DNA from: Chloroflexota bacterium
GTDB lineage: Bacteria > Chloroflexota > Limnocylindria > QHBO01
Length of the DNA stretch: 32,053 nt
NCBI GenBank assembly: GCA_040003165.1
Contig: JBDUDC010000002.1
Coordinates: 1 to 32,053, forward strand
Direction of reading: 5' to 3'
Below the pieces are notes generated by a model. It searched no databases and was not told the DNA's origin. It saw nothing but the letters and a program-made list of their open reading frames with translations. Position 1 is the first letter of the stretch. Every line of letters begins with the position of its first letter. The position numbers and the translations under genes are program-made. Shown here piece after piece: positions 1 to 8,162 of the stretch.

Positions 1-80
1 GTCCGTCTTCGGTTGGAGGCGCATCCTAGGCTGCGGCCCGCGGCGGGGTCAAGCGGGGCGGCTTCGCGCGCCTCCGCTCC

Positions 81-86
81 TATACT
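81..86 (+). promoter_or_regulatory. Candidate -10 hexamer TATACT, 9 nt upstream of the thrB ATG (leaderless-type geometry)
   Basis: TATACTcgcaccgccATG. No Shine-Dalgarno sequence lies between the hexamer and the ATG at 96. The same hexamer-to-ATG geometry recurs at arsR, the hydroxyacid oxidase and upp. Confidence 0.3.
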
Positions 87-95
87 CGCACCGCC

Positions 96-1022
96 ATGTC
101 ACGCCCAATCGCCGCCGTGGAGGTGCCGGCCAGCAGCGCCAACCTCGGGAGCGGCTTCGATTGCTTCGCCGCGGCGCTGAGCCTGAAGCTGCGCGCGGAG
201 CTGTTCATGGGCGACGAGGCCGGGATCACGCTCGTGGCCCGCGGCGAAGGTGCCTCGGCCGACGACCGCCACGACCAGGAGAACCTATTGGTGCGCGCCT
301 TTCGCGAGGGCCTGCGTGCCGCACTCGGCTCGAGCGCCGGGTCCGGCGCGTGGCGGATCGAGGCATCGAGCATGATCCCAGCGGCGCGCGGACTGGGGAG
401 CAGCGCGGCCGCGATCGTTGCTGGCCTCCTGCTTGGCGCCAGCATCGGCCGTCGATCTCCCGAAGCGGACGAGCTGCTCCTCCTGGCGGCCCAGATCGAG
501 GGGCACGCTGACAATGTGGCTGCGGCGCTGTACGGTGGCTTCACGCTGGCGGTCTCGTCCCACCGAGCGATCCAGCTCCGACGATTCCGCGTCCCCGAGG
601 CATGGGTGCCGGTCGTCTTCATCGCGCAGCGCGAGAGCCGAACCCAGGAGATGCGCGCGGCGCTGCCGCAGATGATCCCGCACCGCGAGGCGGTCGCCCA
701 AGCCGGTCGCAGCGCGCTCCTCGCGACGGCGGTCATCACCTCGGACGCGGCGCTGCTGCAGGATGCGATGGAGGATCGGCTGCACCAGCCGTATCGGCTG
801 CCGCTGCTCCACGGCAGCGCGGACCTGATCGCCGCCGCCTACGAGCACGGCGCGGCCGGCGCCTGCCTCTCCGGGGCCGGGCCCAGCGTGCTCGCCATCT
901 GCGACTCCCCCGCCGTCGCGCACTCTGTCGAGAAGGCACTTAACGCGGTCGGCGTGCCGGGGATGGCGACCCGGCTCCGCTTCGACACGTCGGGCGCCAG
1001 GATCACCGCGGCCGAAGCATGA
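96..1022 (+). CDS. thrB: Homoserine kinase (GHMP kinase family)
   Basis: 308 aa. N-terminal PASSANLGSGFD motif and the GHMP ATP-binding motif GLGSSAAA. The length is typical of ThrB. Confidence 0.9.
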   Translation: MSRPIAAVEVPASSANLGSGFDCFAAALSLKLRAELFMGDEAGITLVARGEGASADDRHDQENLLVRAFREGLRAALGSSAGSGAWRIEASSMIPAARGLGSSAAAIVAGLLLGASIGRRSPEADELLLLAAQIEGHADNVAAALYGGFTLAVSSHRAIQLRRFRVPEAWVPVVFIAQRESRTQEMRAALPQMIPHREAVAQAGRSALLATAVITSDAALLQDAMEDRLHQPYRLPLLHGSADLIAAAYEHGAAGACLSGAGPSVLAICDSPAVAHSVEKALNAVGVPGMATRLRFDTSGARITAAEA

Positions 1023-3022
1023 GCCTCGTGACGCTCAGCGGGCTGGCGAAGAGCCACGGCGCGCAGCACCTCTTCTCGGGTGTCGATCTCCAGATCACCG
1101 GCGGGCGGCGCATCGCGATCGTGGGTCCGAACGGGGCGGGCAAGACGACCCTGCTCGAGATCATCACCGGCGAGCAGCAGGCGGACGCGGGGACCGTTGC
1201 GCGGGGCCGCGACGTGGTGATCGGCTACCTGCGCCAGGAGGTAGCCGAGAGCCGCGGCCGCTCGGTGCTGGCAGAGGTCCTGGCCGGGGCCGGGGAGCTG
1301 TCGGGGATCGGGCGCCGGATGCGCCACATCGAGGCCGAGCTGGCGGAGGCCAGCGAGGACGACGAGCTCGAAGAGCTGATGGCGGAGTATGGCCGTCTGC
1401 AGCACCGCTTCGAAGCGTTGGGCGGCTACTCGATGGAGGCGGAGGCTCGCCGCATCCTGGCCGGCCTCGGTTTCGCCGATTCAGACGTTGAGCGCGACAT
1501 CGAGCAGTTCTCAGGGGGCTGGATGATGCGAGTCGCCCTCGCCCGGCTCCTCCTGCAGAACCCTGACGTGCTTCTGCTGGACGAAGCGACCAACCATCTC
1601 GACCTCGCATCGGTCGAATGGCTTCAGGCCTTTCTGGCCGATTACGCAGGCGCGATCGTGCTGGTCAGCCACGATAGGGACTTCATCAACACGGTCGCCA
1701 ACCGTGTAGCCGAGCTCGCCCATGGACAGCTGACGGAGTACGTCGGCGACTACGCCGACTTCGTCGAGCAGCGCGAGGCGCGCGCCGCTCAGATCGAGGC
1801 TGCCGCAAAGGGGCAGGCGCGCAAGATCGCACACACCCAGGCCTTCATCGACCGATTCCGATACAAGGCCAGCAAGGCGCGCCAGGTCCAGAGCCGGATC
1901 AAGGCGCTCGACAGGGTCGAGCGAATCGAGACTCCGGTGACTCGCACGAAGAGCGTGAAGTTCCGCTTCCCGCAGCCACCGCGCAGCGGGCGGACGGTGA
2001 TCACCCTGCGCGACATCGTGAAGGGCTATGGCACCACCCACGTCTACGACGGGCTCGACCTTCAGCTCGAGCGGGGCCAGAAAGTGGCCCTCATCGGCCC
2101 GAACGGTGCCGGCAAGTCGACCCTCCTGAAGATCCTGGCCGGCGTTCTGCCGTTTGAGGGCGGAACGCGCGAGCTTGGGCTGAACGTGCGGGTGGCCTAT
2201 TTCGCGCAGCACCAGATCGAGGCGTTGAACCCAGCCAACACCGTCTTCGTCGAGCTCGAGACGGCCGCCCCGCGGATGAGCACCGCGGACATGCGACGGC
2301 TGCTTGGCGCGTTCCTCTTCTCCGGCGATGCGATCAGCAAGCCAGTCGGCGTTCTCTCCGGTGGCGAGCAGACCCGGCTGGCGCTCGCCAAGCTGCTCGC
2401 CGACCCGGCCAATCTGCTCTGCCTCGACGAGCCGACCAACCACCTCGACATCCAGAGCCGCGACGTGCTCGAGGACGCGCTCAACGCGTTTCCGGGCACC
2501 ATCGTGCTCATCACCCACGACCGATACCTGATCCGCTCGGTGGCGAACACGATCGTCGAGGTCAACGCAGGCGATGCGACCGTCTATCGCGGCGACTTCG
2601 AGTACTACGCCGCCAAGCGTGGGATCGATATCGAGCAGCGCGGAGCGGTCGAGGGTGTCGCAACGCCGCGCGGGGTGGTGGTCAGTCCTCCGAAGATCCG
2701 CGAGTCGGCGGCCGATGCCGCATCGCGCAAGCGCGAGGAGGCCGAGGCGAGGAACCGACGCTATCGACGCACCCGCGACCTGCGCGCCACGCTGGAGCGA
2801 GTAGAGGCCGACCTGCAGCGGGCCGATCACGAGCTTGCCGGCCTGGTCGAGCGGCTCGCGGACCCGGCCATCTACACCGACGGTGAGCTGGTGCGCGGAC
2901 TGATCGCTCGCCACAACGCCGCGCGCGAGGTGAGCGCCTCGCTGGCGTCCGAGCGCGAGCGGCTCAGCGGCGAGCTCGATGCCGCGGAGGGGCTCGAGGC
3001 TCCGGCCGGTGGCACGCGTTGA
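1019..3022 (+). CDS. ABC-F family ATPase (Uup/YheS-like, two ABC domains, no TM domain)
   Basis: 667 aa. Two Walker A motifs (GPNGAGKTTLL, GPNGAGKSTLL) and two signature motifs (FSGGWMMR, LSGGEQTRLALA). Arg/Glu-rich coiled-coil C-terminal extension. The ATG overlaps the thrB stop (ATGA at 1019-1022). Confidence 0.9.
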   Translation: MSLVTLSGLAKSHGAQHLFSGVDLQITGGRRIAIVGPNGAGKTTLLEIITGEQQADAGTVARGRDVVIGYLRQEVAESRGRSVLAEVLAGAGELSGIGRRMRHIEAELAEASEDDELEELMAEYGRLQHRFEALGGYSMEAEARRILAGLGFADSDVERDIEQFSGGWMMRVALARLLLQNPDVLLLDEATNHLDLASVEWLQAFLADYAGAIVLVSHDRDFINTVANRVAELAHGQLTEYVGDYADFVEQREARAAQIEAAAKGQARKIAHTQAFIDRFRYKASKARQVQSRIKALDRVERIETPVTRTKSVKFRFPQPPRSGRTVITLRDIVKGYGTTHVYDGLDLQLERGQKVALIGPNGAGKSTLLKILAGVLPFEGGTRELGLNVRVAYFAQHQIEALNPANTVFVELETAAPRMSTADMRRLLGAFLFSGDAISKPVGVLSGGEQTRLALAKLLADPANLLCLDEPTNHLDIQSRDVLEDALNAFPGTIVLITHDRYLIRSVANTIVEVNAGDATVYRGDFEYYAAKRGIDIEQRGAVEGVATPRGVVVSPPKIRESAADAASRKREEAEARNRRYRRTRDLRATLERVEADLQRADHELAGLVERLADPAIYTDGELVRGLIARHNAAREVSASLASERERLSGELDAAEGLEAPAGGTR

Positions 3023-3954
3023 GCGGACCGATCCTCGGCCTGGATATCGGCGGCAGCAAGATCTCGGCGCTGCTGGTCGACGACGATCAAGCGGTCCTCG
3101 AGCGCCGGTTGGCTCCGACCGGGGGCTCGCTGGGCGCGCAGGTCACGGAGCTCGGCCGCAAGGTCCTCGCCGGTCGCGTTCCGGCGGCAGTAGGGATCGG
3201 CGTGCCCGGCCGCGTCGACAGTCGACGCGGCGTCGTGCAGCTGGGCGTCAACCTCGGTGGCCGTCGACTGCCGCTCGCCGGGCTGGTGGGCGAGGCGCTG
3301 GGTGCGCCGACATTCCTCGAGCATGATGCGCGCGCCGCCGCGCTATGGCTCGTCGCCGAGTCGGGCGACCCCAACGCCACCCTCGCCTACCTGAGCATCG
3401 GGACGGGCATCTCGGTAGCGGTCGTCACGAATGGCACTCTGCTGCGGGGAGCCACCGGCCTTGCGGGCGAGATCGGTCATGTCAGCGTCGTGCCCGATGG
3501 TCCCTTGTGCGCCTGTGGCCTGCGCGGCTGCCTGGAGGCGGTCGCCGCAGGCCCGGCGGTGGCCCGGATCCTCGCCGAAGAGATTCGGGCGGGAGCGCCG
3601 AGCAGCCTGAACACCGACGTTACTCCGGCTGACCTGTTCCGCGCGGCCGCTGCCGGGGACGAGGTTGCCGACCGCATCGCCTACCAGGTCGGCGCGCACC
3701 TTGCGCGCGCCATCCGGGCCGTCGTCCTCTCCTTCGGCGTCGAGCGGGTCGTGATCGGCGGCGGCCTGTCGCGTGCCGGCGAGCCGTTCCTGCGCCCCAT
3801 CATCGTCGCGCTGGAGCGGGAGAGGGACACGTCCGACCTCGTCCGCGGCGCGGTGCGAACAGAATGCATCGAGCTGCTGGCCCCCGACAGCGATGCCGGA
3901 GCCCGGGGAGCGGTGCTGGTGGCGCGTGCCGGGCTGGCGGCGACCGACCGATGA
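3019..3954 (+). CDS. ROK family sugar kinase (probable N-acetylglucosamine/glucose kinase)
   Basis: 311 aa. N-terminal LGLDIGGSKI ATPase motif and ROK zinc motif CACGLRGCLE. TTG start overlaps the ABC-F stop (TTGA). Lies immediately upstream of nagA. Confidence 0.85.
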   Translation: MSGPILGLDIGGSKISALLVDDDQAVLERRLAPTGGSLGAQVTELGRKVLAGRVPAAVGIGVPGRVDSRRGVVQLGVNLGGRRLPLAGLVGEALGAPTFLEHDARAAALWLVAESGDPNATLAYLSIGTGISVAVVTNGTLLRGATGLAGEIGHVSVVPDGPLCACGLRGCLEAVAAGPAVARILAEEIRAGAPSSLNTDVTPADLFRAAAAGDEVADRIAYQVGAHLARAIRAVVLSFGVERVVIGGGLSRAGEPFLRPIIVALERERDTSDLVRGAVRTECIELLAPDSDAGARGAVLVARAGLAATDR

Positions 3955-5078
3955 GCCTCCTGCTCGCCGGGGAGCTGCCAGTTCTCATCGACCACGGACG
4001 CATCGAGGCGATCGGTGCCGAAGCCGATCGTCGCGCCGCGGGCGCGGGGCGCTTCGATGCGACCGGCCTGCGCGTCGCGCCGGGCTTCATCGATCTGCAG
4101 ATCAACGGCGCCTGCGGGCACGACTTCACGCAGGAGCCATCGGCCATCTGGGAGGTTGGAGCTGCGCTCGTGAAATACGGCGTCACCGCCTTCCTGCCAA
4201 CGATCGTCAGCTCGCGCATCAGCGCCGTCGAGGCAGGACGGGCGGCGGTCGCCGAGCGTCCGACCGGCTATCGCGGAGCCGAGCCGCTCGGCCTTCACCT
4301 GGAGGGCCCGTTCCTCTCGCCGGCGCACCGAGGTGCGCACGATGCCGATCGCCTGCTCGCCCCAGACCGAGCCGTCGCGGACGACTGGGCGCCGCCGAAC
4401 GGCGTGCGGATGGTCACCCTGGCGCCGGAGCTGCCAGGCGCCCTGGAGCTGATCGAGCTGCTCACGGGCCGCGAGGTGGTGGTGGGGCTCGGCCATTCCG
4501 GCGCGAGCGCGTCGCAGGCGGAGGCTGCCATCGACGCCGGCGCACGCTACGCGACGCACCTCTTCAACGCAATGCCGCCAATGCATCACCGTGACCCTGG
4601 GCTCGCCGGCCAGGTCCTGGTCGACAGCCGTGTCACGGTCGGCCTCATCGCCGATGGCGTGCACGTTGATCCCGCCATGCTGGCGATCGCCTGGCGGCAG
4701 CTCGGGCCGAAGCGCTGGTCGACCGTGACCGATGCTGTCGCGGCCTTCGGAGCGCGTGGCGGTCAGTTCACAGTCGGCGAGCTCCCACTCGATGTCGGGG
4801 AAGACGCCCCGCGCCTGGCTGACGGCCGGCTGGCGGGCAGCACCCTGAGCCTCGACCAGGCGGTTCGCAATGTGGTGCGGTTCACCGGCTGCTCGGTCGT
4901 GGACGCGCTGGCCACCGTTACCGCTACGCCGGCGGCCCTGCTGGGGCTGCCCGATCGCGGCCGCCTCGAGGCCGGCGCCCGGGCGGACCTCGTCCTGCTG
5001 AATAAGAATCTCGAGGTGGTGGCGACCTTCGTCGTCGGCGAGGCCGCCTACGTCGCGGAGGATGCGGCGTGGCGCTGA
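3951..5078 (+). CDS. nagA: N-acetylglucosamine-6-phosphate deacetylase
   Basis: Motifs GFIDLQINGACGHDF, LHLEGPFLS and HLFNAM. I chose the internal ATG at 3951 (MSLLLAGE...) rather than the ORF-track start at 3864, because it forms an ATGA overlap with the ROK stop and the upstream 29 codons are Arg/Gly-rich. Confidence 0.88.
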   Translation: MSLLLAGELPVLIDHGRIEAIGAEADRRAAGAGRFDATGLRVAPGFIDLQINGACGHDFTQEPSAIWEVGAALVKYGVTAFLPTIVSSRISAVEAGRAAVAERPTGYRGAEPLGLHLEGPFLSPAHRGAHDADRLLAPDRAVADDWAPPNGVRMVTLAPELPGALELIELLTGREVVVGLGHSGASASQAEAAIDAGARYATHLFNAMPPMHHRDPGLAGQVLVDSRVTVGLIADGVHVDPAMLAIAWRQLGPKRWSTVTDAVAAFGARGGQFTVGELPLDVGEDAPRLADGRLAGSTLSLDQAVRNVVRFTGCSVVDALATVTATPAALLGLPDRGRLEAGARADLVLLNKNLEVVATFVVGEAAYVAEDAAWR

Positions 5079-6097
5079 GGGACGAGATCGGTGAGCAGCC
5101 GGAGGTCGCCGCAAGACTGCTGGGCGAGGGCGCCGCACAGGTCGACCGGCTGGCGGAAGAAGTGCGCAGCCGTGGGATTGCGTTTGCGCTGATCGCGGCG
5201 CGCGGCACGTCGGACCATGCCGCGGTCTATGCGCAATACGCCCTGGGCGTGCAGGCCGAGCTCGCAGTCGCTCTGGCCACGCCCTCGGTCATCTCGCGCT
5301 ACGGGGCCAGGCCCCGGATGGGCCAGGCGCTGGTGCTCGGCATCAGCCAGTCAGGTGCTTCTCCCGACGTGGTCAGCGTCCTCGCCGAGGCGCGCCGCCA
5401 GGGAGCGCTCACCGCCGCCATCAGCAACGATCCAGCGTCGCCGCTGGCGGAGGCCGCCGAGTGGGCGCTGCCGCTGCTCGCGGGCCCAGAGCTCTCGATC
5501 GCCGCCACGAAGACCTACACCGCCGAGCTGCTGGTCATTGCCATGCTGGCGGCTGCGCTCTCCAGCCGATCGGATGCTCGAGACGAGCTGCGCGGCGTGC
5601 CGGCGGCCATGCGGAACGCCCTCGAGGCGGAGGATGCGGTCGCATTGACCGCGCAGCGGTATAGGTCGATGGATCAATGCGTGGTCCTCGGGCGGGGGTT
5701 CAACCTGGCCACCGCCCTCGAATGGGCGCTCAAGCTCAAGGAGCTCGCCTACGTGCGCGCGCATGCCTACTCGACTGCTGACTTCCAGCACGGACCGGTC
5801 GCCAGCGTCGAGCTCGGTGCGCACCTGCTCGCGATCGCGCCCCCCGGCGCGATGAGCGACGAGCTGTGGGCTCTGCTCGAACGGCTGCGCGCGGATCGCG
5901 ATGCGGCGCTGATCGCGATCAGCAGCCGCGCTGTCGAGGGGGTCGAGCGTCTGCCGTCTGCGGACGACCTGCCGGAGTGGCTCTCGCCGATCACCGGCAT
6001 CCTGCCGGCGCAGCTCTTCTGCTACCACCTGGCCCGCGAGAAGGGGATCGATTGGGAGACCCCGCGCGGCCTGAACAAGGTGACCCTGACCCGCTGA
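5069..6097 (+). CDS. SIS-domain sugar-phosphate isomerase/deaminase (GlmS isomerase-domain-like; probable NagB-II type GlcN6P deaminase)
   Basis: 342 aa. SIS motifs ARGTSDHAA and GISQSGASPD. Two-SIS-domain length. GTG start overlaps the nagA 3' end by 10 nt. The context with the ROK kinase and nagA supports the call. Confidence 0.8.
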   Translation: MALRDEIGEQPEVAARLLGEGAAQVDRLAEEVRSRGIAFALIAARGTSDHAAVYAQYALGVQAELAVALATPSVISRYGARPRMGQALVLGISQSGASPDVVSVLAEARRQGALTAAISNDPASPLAEAAEWALPLLAGPELSIAATKTYTAELLVIAMLAAALSSRSDARDELRGVPAAMRNALEAEDAVALTAQRYRSMDQCVVLGRGFNLATALEWALKLKELAYVRAHAYSTADFQHGPVASVELGAHLLAIAPPGAMSDELWALLERLRADRDAALIAISSRAVEGVERLPSADDLPEWLSPITGILPAQLFCYHLAREKGIDWETPRGLNKVTLTR

Positions 6098-6270
6098 GGG
6101 TGCGTTTTAGCGTTGTCCGGCGGCAACGGCCCTTCTCACCAGACCCACCCGCAGCCCCGGGGACCCGTCCGGACCGGACCGCCGGAGGTACTAGGCGCTG
6201 ATAGGACCATCGGCTAGGGTCGGCTGCAGGACCCACCACCGTTAACAGGCGGGCCTACCAGGAGGGCGAA

Positions 6271-7011
6271 ATGCTGACTCACCGAGGAAACACCCGAGGA
6301 GCCGCTCGGCTGCTCACGTTGGGCGCAGGCATCGCGGCCCTGCTGGCCTTCGCGGCACCTGTCGCCGCAGCCAACCCGGCGGGCAACAACGGAACGGTCA
6401 AGATCGACCGCGTGGCGTTCGACGACGCGCCGAACAACGAGCCGCATGTCGGCTGCATCTTCCAAGTCGATTTCTACGGTTTCGATGCCGGCGATCTATC
6501 CGCCGACGTCATCTTCGAGGCTCACCCCCCGACCGGCAGCGGCGTGCTGCTCCAGGACAGCGTCTTCATCGGCGAGGACGACAACAGCGGGGGCGGCAGC
6601 GAAGCAGGGCTCGACGCGTCACGGACCTACGACCTCAGCGCGGCGCTCGCCAGCTATACGCCGCACCCGCAGCAGGGATGGCACGTCAAGCTGACGGTCC
6701 ACGCCCAGGGATCGCAGGGAGCGGACACGAAGCACAAGGTCTTCTGGGTGGAGGGCTGCGACCAGCCGGAGAATCCGCCGAGCAATCCTCCTTCGAATCC
6801 GCCGAGCAATCCTCCGTCGAATCCGCCCGCCAATCGGCCCAACGGCGGCACGCTCGGCGGGAGCGGCGGCCCCGGAGGCGGAGCGCTGCCCGACACCGCC
6901 CTTCCCGTCAGCGGCGAATTGCCCCTGATGCTGCTGGCAGGACTCCTGCTGGTCGGTGGGTCGGGGACATACGCCACGGTCGCGATCCGGGAGCGATCCC
7001 GAAAGCGCTGA
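6271..7011 (+). CDS. Secreted, probably cell-surface-anchored protein with an (NPPS)n linker and an LPxTG-like C-terminal sorting signal
   Basis: 246 aa. SD GGAGGG lies upstream. Signal peptide ends in AAPVAAA. A roughly 130-aa domain starts GNNGTVKID. ENPPSNPPSNPPSNPPSNPPANRP linker. The C-terminus reads LPDTALPVSGE + hydrophobic LPLMLLAGLLLVGG... + RERSRKR. Confidence 0.75.
   Translation: MLTHRGNTRGAARLLTLGAGIAALLAFAAPVAAANPAGNNGTVKIDRVAFDDAPNNEPHVGCIFQVDFYGFDAGDLSADVIFEAHPPTGSGVLLQDSVFIGEDDNSGGGSEAGLDASRTYDLSAALASYTPHPQQGWHVKLTVHAQGSQGADTKHKVFWVEGCDQPENPPSNPPSNPPSNPPSNPPANRPNGGTLGGSGGPGGGALPDTALPVSGELPLMLLAGLLLVGGSGTYATVAIRERSRKR
6771..6842 (+). repeat. Coding tandem repeat, 24-bp unit x3 (third copy degenerate), encoding the NPPS repeats
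   Basis: gaatccgccgagcaatcctccttc / gaatccgccgagcaatcctccgtc / gaatccgcccgccaatcggcccaa, read directly from the sequence. Confidence 0.9.
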
Positions 7012-7052
7012 CCGCGGCAGATCGGGGGACCGTGGGGGAACGTGGGGGAGAA

Positions 7053-7091
7053 GGAACCGGGGTCGACGCCAGGAGCGGCGGCCCCGGTTCC
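7053..7091. terminator. Candidate bidirectional terminator hairpin between two convergent genes
   Basis: 10-bp perfect stem GGAACCGGGG (7053-7062) / CCCCGGTTCC (7082-7091) with a 19-nt loop. It lies between the stop of the secreted-protein gene (7011) and the stop of the aspartokinase gene (7097). There is no clear U-tract. Confidence 0.4.
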
Positions 7092-7096
7092 CCTTG

Positions 7097-8131
7097 TCAG
7101 GTCTGCGGGCTGAGCATGAAAGTCGCGTAGATCGCCTGCGCGGCCCGAGCGGCAGCCGCGAGCGGAACCTCCGCCCACACCACGCGCATTCCTCCCTCGT
7201 CGAACGAGCCCTCGTTGTGCGCCGGCAGTGGCAGGATCTCGGGCATTCGCAGAGCCGGACCAACCAGGCTGATGCGCGCGATCCGCTCCTTGCGGTCGAC
7301 TGCCAGCATCAGGACACCGCCCTCGCCCGATGCGGCCGGTCGGACGACGGTCATCGGCGCGTCGTCATCGAGCGCCCGGACCACCAGCTGCAGACGCCCG
7401 CGGCGCGCACGCCGCACGGCGACCGGGTGCACGACTTCGGCGCCCAGCTCGGCCAGCAGCTCGAGCTGCAGGGCATTCACCACCGGCAGGAAGCGCGCGC
7501 CGGGGACCAGGTGCGGATCCGCGTCGAGCACTCCCCCGACGTCCTTGAAGAGCTCGCAGCGATCTGCGCGCAGCGCGACCGCCAGCGCGACTGCCGAGAG
7601 GTCCGTCCCGCCTCGGCCCAGCGTGGTCAGCTCGCCGTGAGTGCCGATCCCCTGGAAGCCAGCGACGACCGGGACCAGGCCTTCGCCCAGCGCGCGGCGG
7701 AGGGGCCGCGAGAGGACGCGTCGCACCTCCGCGCCCAGGTGCGCCGCCGCGGTGCGGATGCCCGCCTCGGCACCGCTGAACGAGCGCGCGGGGATATCCC
7801 GCGCCTGGAGTCCGAGGGCGAAGAGGGCGGCCGAGAGTGCCTCGCCGGTGGCCAGGGCGCGATCCGTCTCGCGCGCCAGGGCGGAGCCGGCGTCGTGGCG
7901 CGGCTCGAGCAGCGAGCTTCCGGCGTCGGGCAGCAGCACGGCGGCGGCGGCCAGGATGGTGTCGGTAACGCCCTCGAACGCGCTGACCACCACGATCGGC
8001 CGCATGCCGGCGGCGCGCTGACGAGCGACCACCTCCACGGCGGCGACGATGTCCCCCGGACGCCGCAGCACCGAGCCGCCGAATTTGTCGACGACGACTG
8101 CAGGCGAGCCGGCGTCAAGGCGGTTGCGCAT
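7097..8131 (-). CDS. Aspartate kinase (amino-acid kinase family) with a shortened C-terminal regulatory region
   Basis: 344 aa. VVDKFGGS N-terminal motif and GRGGTDLSAVALAVALRADRCELFKDVGGVLDADP, which matches the aspartokinase GRGGSD...TDVDGVYTADP block. Only about 100 aa follow the catalytic domain. Confidence 0.8.
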   Translation of the reverse strand: MRNRLDAGSPAVVVDKFGGSVLRRPGDIVAAVEVVARQRAAGMRPIVVVSAFEGVTDTILAAAAVLLPDAGSSLLEPRHDAGSALARETDRALATGEALSAALFALGLQARDIPARSFSGAEAGIRTAAAHLGAEVRRVLSRPLRRALGEGLVPVVAGFQGIGTHGELTTLGRGGTDLSAVALAVALRADRCELFKDVGGVLDADPHLVPGARFLPVVNALQLELLAELGAEVVHPVAVRRARRGRLQLVVRALDDDAPMTVVRPAASGEGGVLMLAVDRKERIARISLVGPALRMPEILPLPAHNEGSFDEGGMRVVWAEVPLAAAARAAQAIYATFMLSPQT

Positions 8132-8162
8132 CGCCGCAACGGTAACGCAGCCGCGCGAGGCG

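Noticed and set aside
15-75. Inverted repeat GGAGGCGC (15-22) / GCGCCTCC (68-75) upstream of thrB as a terminator or attenuator
   Set aside because: It has an 8-bp stem but a 45-nt loop, no U-tract, and lies at the window edge with unknown upstream context. That is not enough to call a structure.
3681-5138. 485-aa minus-strand ORF opposite ROK and nagA
   Set aside because: It is antisense to two genes with strong family motifs. Its composition is Arg/Pro/Ala-dominated. It is a shadow ORF.
6771-6842. Short tandem repeats as a CRISPR-like or non-coding array
   Set aside because: The repeats are contiguous with no spacers, have a 24-bp period, and lie in frame inside a coding sequence where they encode NPPS units.
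8049-8162. Upstream ATG (8049) as the mutY start
   Set aside because: It would overlap the divergent aspartokinase coding region by 83 nt and add a low-complexity 38-aa N-terminus absent from the MutY core. It remains an alternative; see the finding on the 31-bp spacer.
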